Source: a virus (Duplodnaviria; Caudoviricetes). Taken from it: DNA of 64,000 bases. Position 1 is the stretch's first letter, and the number at the start of each line of letters is the position of its first letter. This document shows positions 16,141-25,359 of the stretch, piece by piece. Location of the stretch: positions 160,001 to 224,000 of IMG/VR virus record IMGVR_UViG_3300027740_000003; one strand, 5' to 3'. Made by a program: the position numbers and the translations under genes. The notes below the pieces were generated by a model. That model did no database searches. It was not told the DNA's origin and was given only the letters and a program-made list of their open reading frames with translations.

Positions 16141-16658
16141 TCTATTATGTCTTTTATTATTACGTTATTATATATTGTTTCTAGATTTTCTTTGCTCAAT
16201 TTTGACAAATCGACAAATACAATAACTTTTGGATCAAATTTACTAGCAATAATAGCTTCCATAACAATTTCTTCGGTTGCCCATCCTTTTTCATAATACA
16301 TATCCAAATTAAATGGATGAAGTTTAATTGCCTCCAATTTCATTTCTTCACTAGGACCAACCGGATCTTTAATCCAATATATTGCATTATAGGCCCTTTT
16401 AATTGCTTCTAATTGAAGCCATTTTGGAGGATTCATTACACTATGAATAGAACAAGGCTCTTGTTTAACTGCTTCTAACATAACCTCGTTTGAAGGATTT
16501 TGTATCCACTGTAGGGAATTGCCCCAAACTTTAACAGCTTCCAATTTCATTTCCTCAGATGGATTTTTTATTTTTGAGAAATAAAGGCCAGGATTATTTT
16601 TAATTAGCTCCAATTTTGCATTGTACAACATTTCGTCTATTTTATCTGCAATGTCCAT
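16137..16658 (-). CDS. 22-aa repeat (DUF4116-like) protein with IKDIIE tail
   Basis: NPSEEMKLEAVK repeats; ends ETIYNNVIIKDIIE-stop. Confidence 0.85.
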   Translation of the reverse strand: MDIADKIDEMLYNAKLELIKNNPGLYFSKIKNPSEEMKLEAVKVWGNSLQWIQNPSNEVMLEAVKQEPCSIHSVMNPPKWLQLEAIKRAYNAIYWIKDPVGPSEEMKLEAIKLHPFNLDMYYEKGWATEEIVMEAIIASKFDPKVIVFVDLSKLSKENLETIYNNVIIKDIIE

Positions 16659-17683
16659 TATGCCACCAAAACCTTGAATTGTTTAACAATTGTTTCTTCA
16701 ACAGAGTTAAATAAATCATCAGACAGTCTGGTTAATTCTCTTCTCTTCTCCAGATCTCTTTTTAGTAGTTTTGGAAATGCAGCTGCTCCCCATCTGGCCC
16801 CAACCAATGCCGCATACATTGCCCCTATAGTATCTGTGTCCCCTCCCTGTTGTATTAGTTCACATAAATTAGGAAAAGCTTGCCGGCGATTCTTTGTGTT
16901 CAAAAACACAGCGGTCGCCGTTATCCATGATTCCGTTGCTTTGCCATTGGTTCCAATTTGCTCTGCAATAATTTCTATTGTTGGCAACTTAACCGCTATT
17001 TTCAATTTATCAGCAAACCTAGTTTCCCCAAATAAACTTTCTTCAATTCTAGCAAGCTCTTCAATTAATATTTTTTTATTACGAATGCCGTTTATGGACA
17101 TTGCTATCAAAACAGATTGAAGCACTCCGGCCGTAATACCTATTTCATGATGTGTAATCTTTCCAACAGATACAATAGAGTTAATTGTGTTATAAAAAGT
17201 TTTATGATCCTTCATAGAACTTAAATAACACCCCAAGGGAGCTGCCTTCATTGCAACACCATTTCCGTAGCCCAAACTAGTGTCAGCGGCCCGGGTCCAA
17301 GGAACACCCTCGCTAAGCCGCTTTACAGCCTCTCTGGTGGACTTTCCCCATCCCCTAAGCTCCTCCTCCTGGTACACCTTCAAACTGAATCTAGCAATGT
17401 CCTGAGGGCATATATAACCAAGGTTTGTTATGGACAGCAATATTGGCTTCATTAGTTGTGTATCATCTGTCCATTGTCCTGAGCCACGAACATTCTGATG
17501 AATACTTTGTGGACGATTAACCTTGCCAGGATCAACATATTGATATATTACAGGATATTGTTTAATAATATCTTTTTTAGACATACATTCAAAAGGGGCT
17601 CCAAGAGCATCACCAATTGCTGTTCCTAAAATAGCGCCACGATATCGAGATTTTACTGTGATTGGATTTCTAGTAGAGGTCAT
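16658..17683 (-). CDS. ADP-ribosylglycohydrolase (DraG/ARH family)
   Basis: GAILGTAIGDALGAPFE, WTDDTQL, GNGVAMK and GGDTDTIGAM motifs. Confidence 0.92.
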   Translation of the reverse strand: MTSTRNPITVKSRYRGAILGTAIGDALGAPFECMSKKDIIKQYPVIYQYVDPGKVNRPQSIHQNVRGSGQWTDDTQLMKPILLSITNLGYICPQDIARFSLKVYQEEELRGWGKSTREAVKRLSEGVPWTRAADTSLGYGNGVAMKAAPLGCYLSSMKDHKTFYNTINSIVSVGKITHHEIGITAGVLQSVLIAMSINGIRNKKILIEELARIEESLFGETRFADKLKIAVKLPTIEIIAEQIGTNGKATESWITATAVFLNTKNRRQAFPNLCELIQQGGDTDTIGAMYAALVGARWGAAAFPKLLKRDLEKRRELTRLSDDLFNSVEETIVKQFKVLVA

Positions 17684-17689
17684 GGGGGT

Positions 17690-17718
17690 AGCATAAGGCT
17701 TCCATCGGTCTTTGTCAA
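17690..17718 (-). promoter_or_regulatory. Sigma70-type promoter, probably giving a leaderless mRNA
   Basis: TTGACA (17718-17713), 17-nt spacer, TATGCT (17695-17690), 6 nt, ATG (17683); no SD. Confidence 0.75.
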
Positions 17719-17725
17719 CGACGAA

Positions 17726-17753
17726 GGCCTCGACATCTTACGATGTCAAGGCC
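17726..17753. promoter_or_regulatory. Inverted repeat (operator or hairpin) upstream of the promoter
   Basis: GGCCT-C-GACATC-TTAC-GATGTC-A-AGGCC; no U-tract. Confidence 0.5.
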
Positions 17754-17903
17754 CTCTGAATAATAGTTCCAATTTTAATTTAAGTAATGACTAACCGTTT
17801 TTTCTCATTGACTTCCTGTATTTTGGAGATCTGAGGTTGCTAAATAACGGCTTACTTTCAAAGCTCGTTTGTTTGGAAATAATAACGGCTTATTCACCCA
17901 ATC

Positions 17904-17984
17904 GGCTCCGGGACCTGGAATTGAACCAAATATTACCTACACCTGTTTATGGCCGCAGATAGTCTTACGTTTAAACAACCCGGT
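17904..17984 (-). pseudogene. Degenerate tRNA-like sequence
   Basis: TTTGG-TTCAATT-CCAGG T-arm, CCGGG/CCCGG partial acceptor, GTTT/AGAC D-stem, but a 10-nt anticodon loop. Confidence 0.35.
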
Positions 17985-18039
17985 ATATTTCACTTAATCT
18001 TTCAAAGAAATTATATTCTCGACAACAAACCTTAATTAT

Positions 18040-18441
18040 TTAAAATGGCCAATTATTAGCTAGAGCAGTAATTAATACTCCAGCCAGTGCTAGAATCCCA
18101 GAAACCATAGCGGTTTTTGTTTGCCAGATTCCTTGGCTAGCTTCTTTTTTTATTGTTTTGTTTTCTTGTATATAAGATTGTGTTGCTTTTTGTTCATTTT
18201 CTAAAGCGCTAACTCTATCTAATAGACTTGCTTTTCCATTTCCGTCTCTAATTATTTTTATTAAATGATCTACGCTTTTTTTCATTTCATCATGAGAAAG
18301 ACATTGCAGAGCTAATGTTTTATCGATTACAGAAAGCTGTTTTTGAAATTCAGATATGGCATCTTTTGACGATTCCAAACCGTCTATTATATTTTTTATT
18401 ACTAGTCTGTTTATATCTGGAGGATCTGAATTAGCTACCAT
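18040..18441 (-). CDS. Coiled-coil protein with C-terminal transmembrane helix
   Basis: Heptad region then hydrophobic TAMVSGILALAGVLITAL. Confidence 0.7.
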   Translation of the reverse strand: MVANSDPPDINRLVIKNIIDGLESSKDAISEFQKQLSVIDKTLALQCLSHDEMKKSVDHLIKIIRDGNGKASLLDRVSALENEQKATQSYIQENKTIKKEASQGIWQTKTAMVSGILALAGVLITALANNWPF

Positions 18442-18983
18442 AAATCTCCCGTGTCTGTTAATTCTCTTAATTCTTTTATAACATCATCTAATTTAGATAA
18501 CGATTGGGAAACCTCTTGTTTTTCAATTGACTGTAATATAATTATTTGTTGTTCAAGTCTTTTTGCCTTTGCTTCTGATGCTGCACTTCTAGATAATATT
18601 TTTAATTCTAATGTTTCATTTAATCTTTCCAACTCTTCGTCTCTTGACCTTTGATAAAGTAAAATTCCGCCAACAAATGTTAAAATAACTATAGAAAAAA
18701 ACCTAAACAATCCTTCATAATCTAACTCTGCTTGAATTATTCCAATATCTACAAATGATTTAACAAATCTGGTTTGGTATAGCCAACCAATTATAGTTAA
18801 AGATACAGAAATAACAACAGACCCGGCCATGTTAAATTTTCTTTTTGCAAACCAAAAAGTGATTAGCATTAAAAAAATATAACATAAAGAAATGGCGCCA
18901 AGGCTAAAAGTAATATCTGCTATAAATATTAAACTAGATACAATTAACCAAAGCAGCAAGAGACGAAGATCGAAAAGATGCAT
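18435..18983 (-). CDS. Multi-pass membrane protein with C-terminal coiled coil
   Basis: About four hydrophobic segments followed by a charged helix. Confidence 0.7.
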   Translation of the reverse strand: MHLFDLRLLLLWLIVSSLIFIADITFSLGAISLCYIFLMLITFWFAKRKFNMAGSVVISVSLTIIGWLYQTRFVKSFVDIGIIQAELDYEGLFRFFSIVILTFVGGILLYQRSRDEELERLNETLELKILSRSAASEAKAKRLEQQIIILQSIEKQEVSQSLSKLDDVIKELRELTDTGDLW

Positions 18984-19006
18984 ACAGTTATGCTAAACTA
19001 TTGATA

Positions 19007-19228
19007 TTACTTACGCAAAGCTCTTCTTTTTGCTTTATTCTTATTTCTTTGTTTTCTTTTTTGTTCAGCAATATTGTTTAATTCCGCTGAAGCAACAGTC
19101 TCTAAGTCAAAATGTCTTGGGATTGTATTAATCGGCTTTTCTTGTTCAGAAAAAGCTTTTTCCACAGCTTTTAGTGCTCTTTCAAACTTAGCGGTTCTTT
19201 TTTGAATTTTTCGTACCAAAGTGCCCAT
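19007..19228 (-). CDS. Small basic protein
   Basis: 73 aa, K/R-rich. Confidence 0.6.
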   Translation of the reverse strand: MGTLVRKIQKRTAKFERALKAVEKAFSEQEKPINTIPRHFDLETVASAELNNIAEQKRKQRNKNKAKRRALRK

Positions 19229-19745
19229 TTCTAAAAACTCCTTTTCTTATCCATCCAAAATCATGAACAATTTCCTCAATCTCGACAACTGACCCATCAT
19301 TTTGTCCAATTATCTTTCTAGGACATTTCTCAAATGCTTTTAACATCCTAACACAGGTTTCTAAAGGAACATTGTGTACATTTGATTTAAAACTATCCTC
19401 GGCAGTCATTCCTGTTATTGAATGACAAATTACTTTATATCCAGCTTCTTGCCCTAATAAAGCATATACTTTAAGGTCTTTTAATTTAATATTCGTATTA
19501 TCTATTATGATTAATTCTTTTTCTACTTCAATTGCTTTAATACAATTATATTTACAAGATCCGTGAGCTTTGCTTAACAAAGCAATATCGAATTTATAAT
19601 TCTCTGGAATTTGTTCTTTACCAAAGTACCAATAATGATCTGCACTACATACTGTAGCTTCTTGACCATATTGTTTTTCTAACTCTTTTATTATTGTGGT
19701 TTTTCCTGCTCCTGGAAGACCACGTAGTATTATTAGTGTTTTCAT
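19188..19745 (-). CDS. AAA_33/NEDD4-BP2-like P-loop kinase
   Basis: LIILRGLPGAGKTT, CSADHY, IIDNTN and NVHNVP motifs. Confidence 0.85.
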   Translation of the reverse strand: MKTLIILRGLPGAGKTTIIKELEKQYGQEATVCSADHYWYFGKEQIPENYKFDIALLSKAHGSCKYNCIKAIEVEKELIIIDNTNIKLKDLKVYALLGQEAGYKVICHSITGMTAEDSFKSNVHNVPLETCVRMLKAFEKCPRKIIGQNDGSVVEIEEIVHDFGWIRKGVFRNGHFGTKNSKKNR

Positions 19746-20194
19746 TCGATTATGTCTTTAATCATCAATTGATCTTTTATATATGGCCAAATGTCTTTAG
19801 GATATTGCGTTTCTAAATAACACGTTGATGTTCCGGAAATTCTTCTTAAGAATTTTGCAGATATGAGCGTCTTTCTATATTCTAGAGGAAGATTTTTGTT
19901 TTGTATTAATATTGAATCTGATACTATATATTCTGATACTATATATGTGGACATCGCGGCATTTACTAATAAATTTTCAGTTGCTTGTTTAGATTTTACT
20001 TTTCTAAGCAACCTGAGGGCTGTTGATTTATTCATTTTTTTTAAACATAGTTTTTCTAATTGAGATTCGGACAAATCATTTCTATGAGAAAGCCATTGAA
20101 TGGCTATTGTATCACCAAGATCAATTACTACATCAAAAGCTTTAGATATATCTTCTAGTGTGAAATTTGTTGATTGTTGTTTCTTTTTAATCAT
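19742..20194 (-). CDS. Helical hypothetical protein with IKDIIE tail
   Basis: Ends YIKDQLMIKDIIE-stop. Confidence 0.75.
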   Translation of the reverse strand: MIKKKQQSTNFTLEDISKAFDVVIDLGDTIAIQWLSHRNDLSESQLEKLCLKKMNKSTALRLLRKVKSKQATENLLVNAAMSTYIVSEYIVSDSILIQNKNLPLEYRKTLISAKFLRRISGTSTCYLETQYPKDIWPYIKDQLMIKDIIE

Positions 20195-20391
20195 TCGATT
20201 ATATCCTTAATCATCATTTCATCACATGATAATATTTCAACATAGAGATTGTAAAATAATGTCGGTTTTTTCATATGAATAAATAAGTCGCCAAAAGCTT
20301 CGAATCCACATTTTTTGCATTTAAATCTATAGGTAGAAATTTTCTCAAAATCATGGGAGTTTAATTTTTCACCAAGATTATTTATACTCAT
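20191..20391 (-). CDS. IKDIIE-tail family, zinc-finger class
   Basis: Likely start MSINN at 20391; NSHDF...CKKC...LSCDEMMIKDIIE-stop. Confidence 0.8.
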   Translation of the reverse strand: MSINNLGEKLNSHDFEKISTYRFKCKKCGFEAFGDLFIHMKKPTLFYNLYVEILSCDEMMIKDIIE

Positions 20392-20624
20392 TCTATTATA
20401 TTCTTTATAATAAATTCGTCGCAAGAAAGAATATTATAAATGTCTCTTAAATAAGATAATCCGTAGCTGTCTAATCTATTAAACTTCATTCGAATTTTAT
20501 ATCCACATTTTTTACACTTATAAACAACGCCATTATATCCAAAATTATCTAAAGGAAAAAACTCATGTGTTTTAAGTTTTTCATCGGCAATTTTAAACAG
20601 ATCTGGAAAGCTATTTATGTCCAT
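20388..20624 (-). CDS. IKDIIE-tail family, zinc-finger class
   Basis: KTHEF...CKKC...LSCDEFIIKNIIE-stop. Confidence 0.8.
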   Translation of the reverse strand: MDINSFPDLFKIADEKLKTHEFFPLDNFGYNGVVYKCKKCGYKIRMKFNRLDSYGLSYLRDIYNILSCDEFIIKNIIE

Positions 20625-21304
20625 AATGTCATGCGAATATCAATTAGTTCTTTCAACTTTTCATTAATTGTTTCATCAATCTTTTGTTGAAGATCCCACG
20701 TTTGATCCAATTTGTCTTTATCATAATCTCCAAAACCCCTTCCGCCAACAGCTTCATGGCAAAGCTTGTCATGCTCTTTATACATCTTGGGAAGCTCATA
20801 TTTCCACCATCTATAAAGTTCTAATTCCTTCTCCATACTTTTTATCTGATCAGAAGGAACATCTTCCAGCGTTTTTAATTCAGCAATATGTTTCTCTGCT
20901 GCTTTACATCCGCCCCGCTCTTTTTCTACAAATTCAACCAACAGATTAAAATTAGCAAAAATCATCTTATTAACAACATCACACCATCCCCAACGATAAT
21001 CATAATATCCACCTTTAGGTTGACGCAAATCAAGCAGATGATATTTGTTATATGTATTGCACCTAATGTAGTAAAATACATTATCAATTTTATCGGCTAA
21101 CCGATAAAGTCTGCTAGGAACCTCTTCCATCAAATAATGCCTAATTGGATATTTGTTTTTCATCATCTTGTGCCAAGATTCCCAAGTCATTTCTCCATCC
21201 TTCTTGTGTTTAAACATTTCCATAGGAAGAGCATAAGGAACTTGCCATTTAAACACCTTATGAACTAACTTTTCCAAATCTAGAATTTTTTCTTTAAGTT
21301 CCAT
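20615..21304 (-). CDS. Hypothetical protein
   Basis: 229-aa ORF. Confidence 0.75.
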   Translation of the reverse strand: MELKEKILDLEKLVHKVFKWQVPYALPMEMFKHKKDGEMTWESWHKMMKNKYPIRHYLMEEVPSRLYRLADKIDNVFYYIRCNTYNKYHLLDLRQPKGGYYDYRWGWCDVVNKMIFANFNLLVEFVEKERGGCKAAEKHIAELKTLEDVPSDQIKSMEKELELYRWWKYELPKMYKEHDKLCHEAVGGRGFGDYDKDKLDQTWDLQQKIDETINEKLKELIDIRMTLWT

Positions 21305-21328
21305 TGTGTCGGATCCATCCTAACCATT

Positions 21329-21907
21329 CTAGCTACCGTTGTCAATGAGCTTTATACGAAAATCTTCGTCAAAGTTTATTTTTCCTTGTTCCCATAATTC
21401 TGTTATTATTTCTTTAACTATACTTCGATCAAATCCCTCTTTAGAAAGAAGATCTTGAATTTCTTGCGAACTATAAGAACCAGAAGTAATTGTTCTTATT
21501 ACCGCATCTGTTGTTTTGAAAAATTCCATGGCTGTTTTCCCCCAACGTATTGTTGTAGAATATGTAATTGGTGTATTTTCATATGATACATCGATTAGTT
21601 GACAATAATTTTTAGGAACAGGGTTGGGAACTTCCCCATGAATATCCAAAGCGCCACCACTGTTCACATAATCTTCTTTTTGTTTTCTTAACTTTTCTTT
21701 TTGATCATTAATCTCTTTTTCACGCTTTTGATTATTTTCATATATAATTTTTTCTCTTTCTTCTGGCATTAAAAAAGAATAATTTGAGTATTCTTTTCTA
21801 GTAACACCAACCTCATCATAATCAACAATATCTATACATCTATTGTGTTCTTTACAAAGAAGTTTATATTTCTGCAAAAACTCTATGTCCTTTTCTTCTT
21901 CAGTCAT
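21329..21907 (-). CDS. Hypothetical protein
   Basis: 192-aa ORF; possible C-terminal wHTH. Confidence 0.7.
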   Translation of the reverse strand: MTEEEKDIEFLQKYKLLCKEHNRCIDIVDYDEVGVTRKEYSNYSFLMPEEREKIIYENNQKREKEINDQKEKLRKQKEDYVNSGGALDIHGEVPNPVPKNYCQLIDVSYENTPITYSTTIRWGKTAMEFFKTTDAVIRTITSGSYSSQEIQDLLSKEGFDRSIVKEIITELWEQGKINFDEDFRIKLIDNGS

Positions 21908-22506
21908 TCTTCACCAACTTTATGAGCAAATCTTTTTATGTGAGAAACGGCAGGAATTCCTTCCTTCTTCAATTTGTCCCATAACATATAGTTGTTCTGT
22001 GTATCAATAACGGCATTATGAGATCCTTCTTTAGGCTTACCACCAACAAGAATTAATGAACTCTCTAAATCTAATTTTTGTTTGCCAAGACCGTTTTTCT
22101 TAACAAAATCTTTTACATAAGTATGAGTATCAAGCCACAGGTTTGCAGGAAAAATATATCCTAAACTTTCCCAAAGCGAATGGAGAAAACGTTTATCAAA
22201 AGCAATTATTTTATGTCCAACAATACATCTTTCCTCTGGAGTCTTTCCGTCGGCTTCAAAGAAAGCATTGCAAAAATCTACAACGTCTTTTTTAGGATCC
22301 CCTTTATCAAGGTCCTCCATTGTCCTATCAGTATAAGTCAGAGCATCAATAGATGTTCTTTCTGGATGTTCTATACGAATATATTTATTTAACTGAACTC
22401 TATCTGAACAACGGATTATAGAGATTTGTGTAATCTCATGCCAATATCCAGCAGACTTAGATCCGTTCGTTTCTGTATCCAACATATAGTATTGTATATC
22501 TGCCAT
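21904..22506 (-). CDS. DEDDh 3'-5' exonuclease (DnaQ-like)
   Basis: LDTETNG, VGH..IAFD and HNAVIDT motifs. Confidence 0.88.
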   Translation of the reverse strand: MADIQYYMLDTETNGSKSAGYWHEITQISIIRCSDRVQLNKYIRIEHPERTSIDALTYTDRTMEDLDKGDPKKDVVDFCNAFFEADGKTPEERCIVGHKIIAFDKRFLHSLWESLGYIFPANLWLDTHTYVKDFVKKNGLGKQKLDLESSLILVGGKPKEGSHNAVIDTQNNYMLWDKLKKEGIPAVSHIKRFAHKVGEE

Positions 22507-22540
22507 ACAAAACGAACAAGTTAATATCCGTCAGCTCGAC

Positions 22541-22792
22541 TCAAAATTTGCGAATATGTTTTATTACGTTCGTGCCGTACTCATAAACCTTTGCAGACAG
22601 CCTTTTCATCTTTGCTAGTTGTAGCTTCGGAGGAGCTGCCGGAACAGCTTTTACACTCTCCAGTGCCGCCTTGTCATATTCTCCCTCATCTACCATTATT
22701 CGATATTTAACTATGGCTGGAATAAGACACTCTACCTCAACTGTATAAAATTTCTTGTCTATTGACTTTTCCTGTTTTTCTTTTTTTTGCAT
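22541..22792 (-). CDS. Hypothetical protein
   Basis: Likely start MQKKE at 22792, which avoids overlap with the divergent M23 gene. Confidence 0.6.
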   Translation of the reverse strand: MQKKEKQEKSIDKKFYTVEVECLIPAIVKYRIMVDEGEYDKAALESVKAVPAAPPKLQLAKMKRLSAKVYEYGTNVIKHIRKF

Positions 22793-22809
22793 AATCTGAT
22801 ATATAACTG

Positions 22810-23391
22810 ATGGCAATTGAGAATGTAAAAAATGAATTAGAAGAATTAGCCAGGTCCCTAGGGATAACATTGCCAGGCCAGCGGGCCGAATCTAATACAC
22901 AGACTTATAGAATGCCAACTGAAGGACAAATAATCAGCCAACATCATCCTATATCCCAAGGAGGATTTGCCACGCCAACCCATCCACAAGGGCATTTCGG
23001 ATTAGATATATTAGGACAGGTTGGCACACCAATATATGCTATTGGCCCCGGGGTTGTCTCACAAATATACAACGAAAGCAATAATCCCAAAGGCGGGAAT
23101 GCTGTAAAAATATACCACGAAGACGGAGCTGTAGTTTCATACTATGCTCATTTAGATAAAGTTGATGTGTCTGCGGGAGACGAGGTAAATCAGAACACAC
23201 AAATTGGAACAATGGGTACTAGCGGAATGATTTATAATGGGAAAAAACGACACACAGCTCCACATTTGCATTATCAAGTAAAAATTAACGGGACCGATGT
23301 TAATCCATCAATGATTGCCAGCAAACCAATCGGATCCTTTTCTAGAGTTGCCAGGCTAGCCGAAGAATTTAGAAAAAAGCTAGGATTTTAA
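22810..23391 (+). CDS. M23 family metallopeptidase (peptidoglycan hydrolase)
   Basis: H.G.DI, GGNAV.I.H, YYAHL, G..GTSG and PHLHYQ motifs. Confidence 0.92.
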   Translation: MAIENVKNELEELARSLGITLPGQRAESNTQTYRMPTEGQIISQHHPISQGGFATPTHPQGHFGLDILGQVGTPIYAIGPGVVSQIYNESNNPKGGNAVKIYHEDGAVVSYYAHLDKVDVSAGDEVNQNTQIGTMGTSGMIYNGKKRHTAPHLHYQVKINGTDVNPSMIASKPIGSFSRVARLAEEFRKKLGF

Positions 23392-24387
23392 TTCATCAAT
23401 TTTTGGCACAAATTTTTCCGCTTCTTCCTTAAAGAAAGAAGGTGGTTTTACCGATGACAAATCAAGATCAAAATCCGGCTTATCTATTGGATCAGAAACT
23501 TTTGCAAAGAATTCATTTTCTTCTCTTTTGGTCATTCCCAAATTATCGCAAGGATGAGATTTTATTACAAAATCTTCGCTAAGAAGATTTCTTAAAGCTA
23601 GTAAATCTTGGTAAGAAAAACTCTTTGCACAATAGTTATAATCTAACCATGCTTCAAAAGAAATTGGCACAACCCGTTTTACCATAGCCGCTATTATATT
23701 TGCATATTCCCTAGTTTCAAATTGAGCATGTTCGTCGCATCTTAATTTTAGAAAATGAAATAAGTTATGCAAATCCATCTTCCAATACCATTCGGTATAT
23801 GTAGACAACGGAAGATCTATCCTGGCAATTTCTCTGGCAGTTTCGTTCTTCAGGTCTTTAACATAAAGATTACCACAATATTCTCTTAAACTAATATGAT
23901 CCTCGATCCAGTTGCCGTAAAGATTTTCGTCAACAATACCAGAACGTCCTTGTTTGTTATCTGTCGATTGATATTGAAAATCTTTGTGTTTAGGAGTATA
24001 GAATTGTAATGGCATAATTGAATATCTGCCGCTGAGCTCGTTCAAATTAGCAACTCTGTGCCGTACTATTTGTCTAGCAACAAATATAGGCAGCTTCATA
24101 TGGAATTTTAATTCTACCATCTCTAGCGGCGAAGTGTGTTTGTGATTAATCAAATATCTAATTAGACCTTTGTTATTAGATATAGATTTGGTTCCAGCTC
24201 CATATGAACATCTTGCTGCTTGTGCTATACAAGCATCATTACCCATATAATCAATCAAGGAACAGAATCCATTATCTAAAACTGGGAAATATAATCCTAG
24301 TAATTCTTCTGCTCCCCGATTTGATCTAAAATTTTTCGCCTCAATATTTGCTTCCGACAATCCCATTATTTCGCCCTCTGGTACCAA
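23380..24387 (-). CDS. thyX: Flavin-dependent thymidylate synthase
   Basis: RHRVANLNELSGRY (RHRx7SxR), HTSPLE, and NLFHFLKLR...HAQFE.R motifs. Confidence 0.95.
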   Translation of the reverse strand: MVPEGEIMGLSEANIEAKNFRSNRGAEELLGLYFPVLDNGFCSLIDYMGNDACIAQAARCSYGAGTKSISNNKGLIRYLINHKHTSPLEMVELKFHMKLPIFVARQIVRHRVANLNELSGRYSIMPLQFYTPKHKDFQYQSTDNKQGRSGIVDENLYGNWIEDHISLREYCGNLYVKDLKNETAREIARIDLPLSTYTEWYWKMDLHNLFHFLKLRCDEHAQFETREYANIIAAMVKRVVPISFEAWLDYNYCAKSFSYQDLLALRNLLSEDFVIKSHPCDNLGMTKREENEFFAKVSDPIDKPDFDLDLSSVKPPSFFKEEAEKFVPKIDELKS

Positions 24388-24953
24388 TTAATAACAACAG
24401 CATGAAAATCTCCAATGTTCTTAATAGTTTCGTGTTCGACGTCTATTGTATAAAAATCTTTAATATTAACATTTTTTACATAATCAATTAAATAAAGATC
24501 TGTTGGAATGCTATAAATATATCTGTTCCCAACAACAAATAATAATTTATATGTATTTGTTTCTTTGGTTTCGACAATATCAACCAACGTTGCTGGATGT
24601 TCTGTGTTATTGATTATATTTGTTCCCCTATATCCAGCAACATAGGTTTTCCCAGAAATTATTTTTGTTGGCAATGACATGTCTTGTAAAGCTCCACTGA
24701 TATTATATAGAGTGGCTTCTGGCCCAAAAATCAAAGCAAGATCCTTAACGACTTTACTTAAGGAAACCTCTTCCTCTTTTAATGAATCAACAAGTGCTTC
24801 CAATGCCTGTTCTTTTGTTGCCCACCCTACAATGTTAGGTCTTCTATCTTCTAGTATCATTCCGTATTTGTATCCTTGATCAAGCATGTTATTCTCCATT
24901 TGTTCTTCTATTGCTGTTAGTAAATCCATTGGACAAGCATATGCCACAGTCAT
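24366..24953 (-). CDS. Hypothetical protein
   Basis: 195-aa ORF. Confidence 0.7.
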   Translation of the reverse strand: MTVAYACPMDLLTAIEEQMENNMLDQGYKYGMILEDRRPNIVGWATKEQALEALVDSLKEEEVSLSKVVKDLALIFGPEATLYNISGALQDMSLPTKIISGKTYVAGYRGTNIINNTEHPATLVDIVETKETNTYKLLFVVGNRYIYSIPTDLYLIDYVKNVNIKDFYTIDVEHETIKNIGDFHAVVINWYQRAK

Positions 24954-24954
24954 A

Positions 24955-25359
24955 TTAGGTTCCTTTATACTTCTTTCTCATTTTTACACCAAAAACACTA
25001 ACTGTATCGGTTTCTTCTTTTTCGGTGCCCCAACAATCTGATTTATATATTTTTAAATTGATTCCCTGATCAAATCCTTTCATAAATTTCCAAATCCAAT
25101 AAGTGTCTTCTCCAAGAATTTCACAGCAATCTTTTAACCATCCTGAATAAGGAAATGAATTCGAAATATCTTTAATAGATTCTGCTGTTTTTATTTCAGG
25201 TTTGGCAAATCCTTTTCTAAGCATAACAGAGCCAATTGCACTAACTCCAATTAGTTTACCATTAACATAATCATATGCACAACTGGTTGCTATTATTCTA
25301 TATCCGTTTTCTTTTGCCCAAGAAAGAGATTCGTCAATGATAGTCTCTGCCTTCGACAT
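24955..25359 (-). CDS. Hypothetical protein
   Basis: 134-aa ORF. Confidence 0.7.
   Translation of the reverse strand: MSKAETIIDESLSWAKENGYRIIATSCAYDYVNGKLIGVSAIGSVMLRKGFAKPEIKTAESIKDISNSFPYSGWLKDCCEILGEDTYWIWKFMKGFDQGINLKIYKSDCWGTEKEETDTVSVFGVKMRKKYKGT

Noticed and set aside
18375-18410. Internal LVIKNIID near the N-terminus of the 18040..18441 ORF
   Set aside because: Not terminal and a single instance; could be chance in an I/K/N-rich proteome. Worth rechecking with an HMM.
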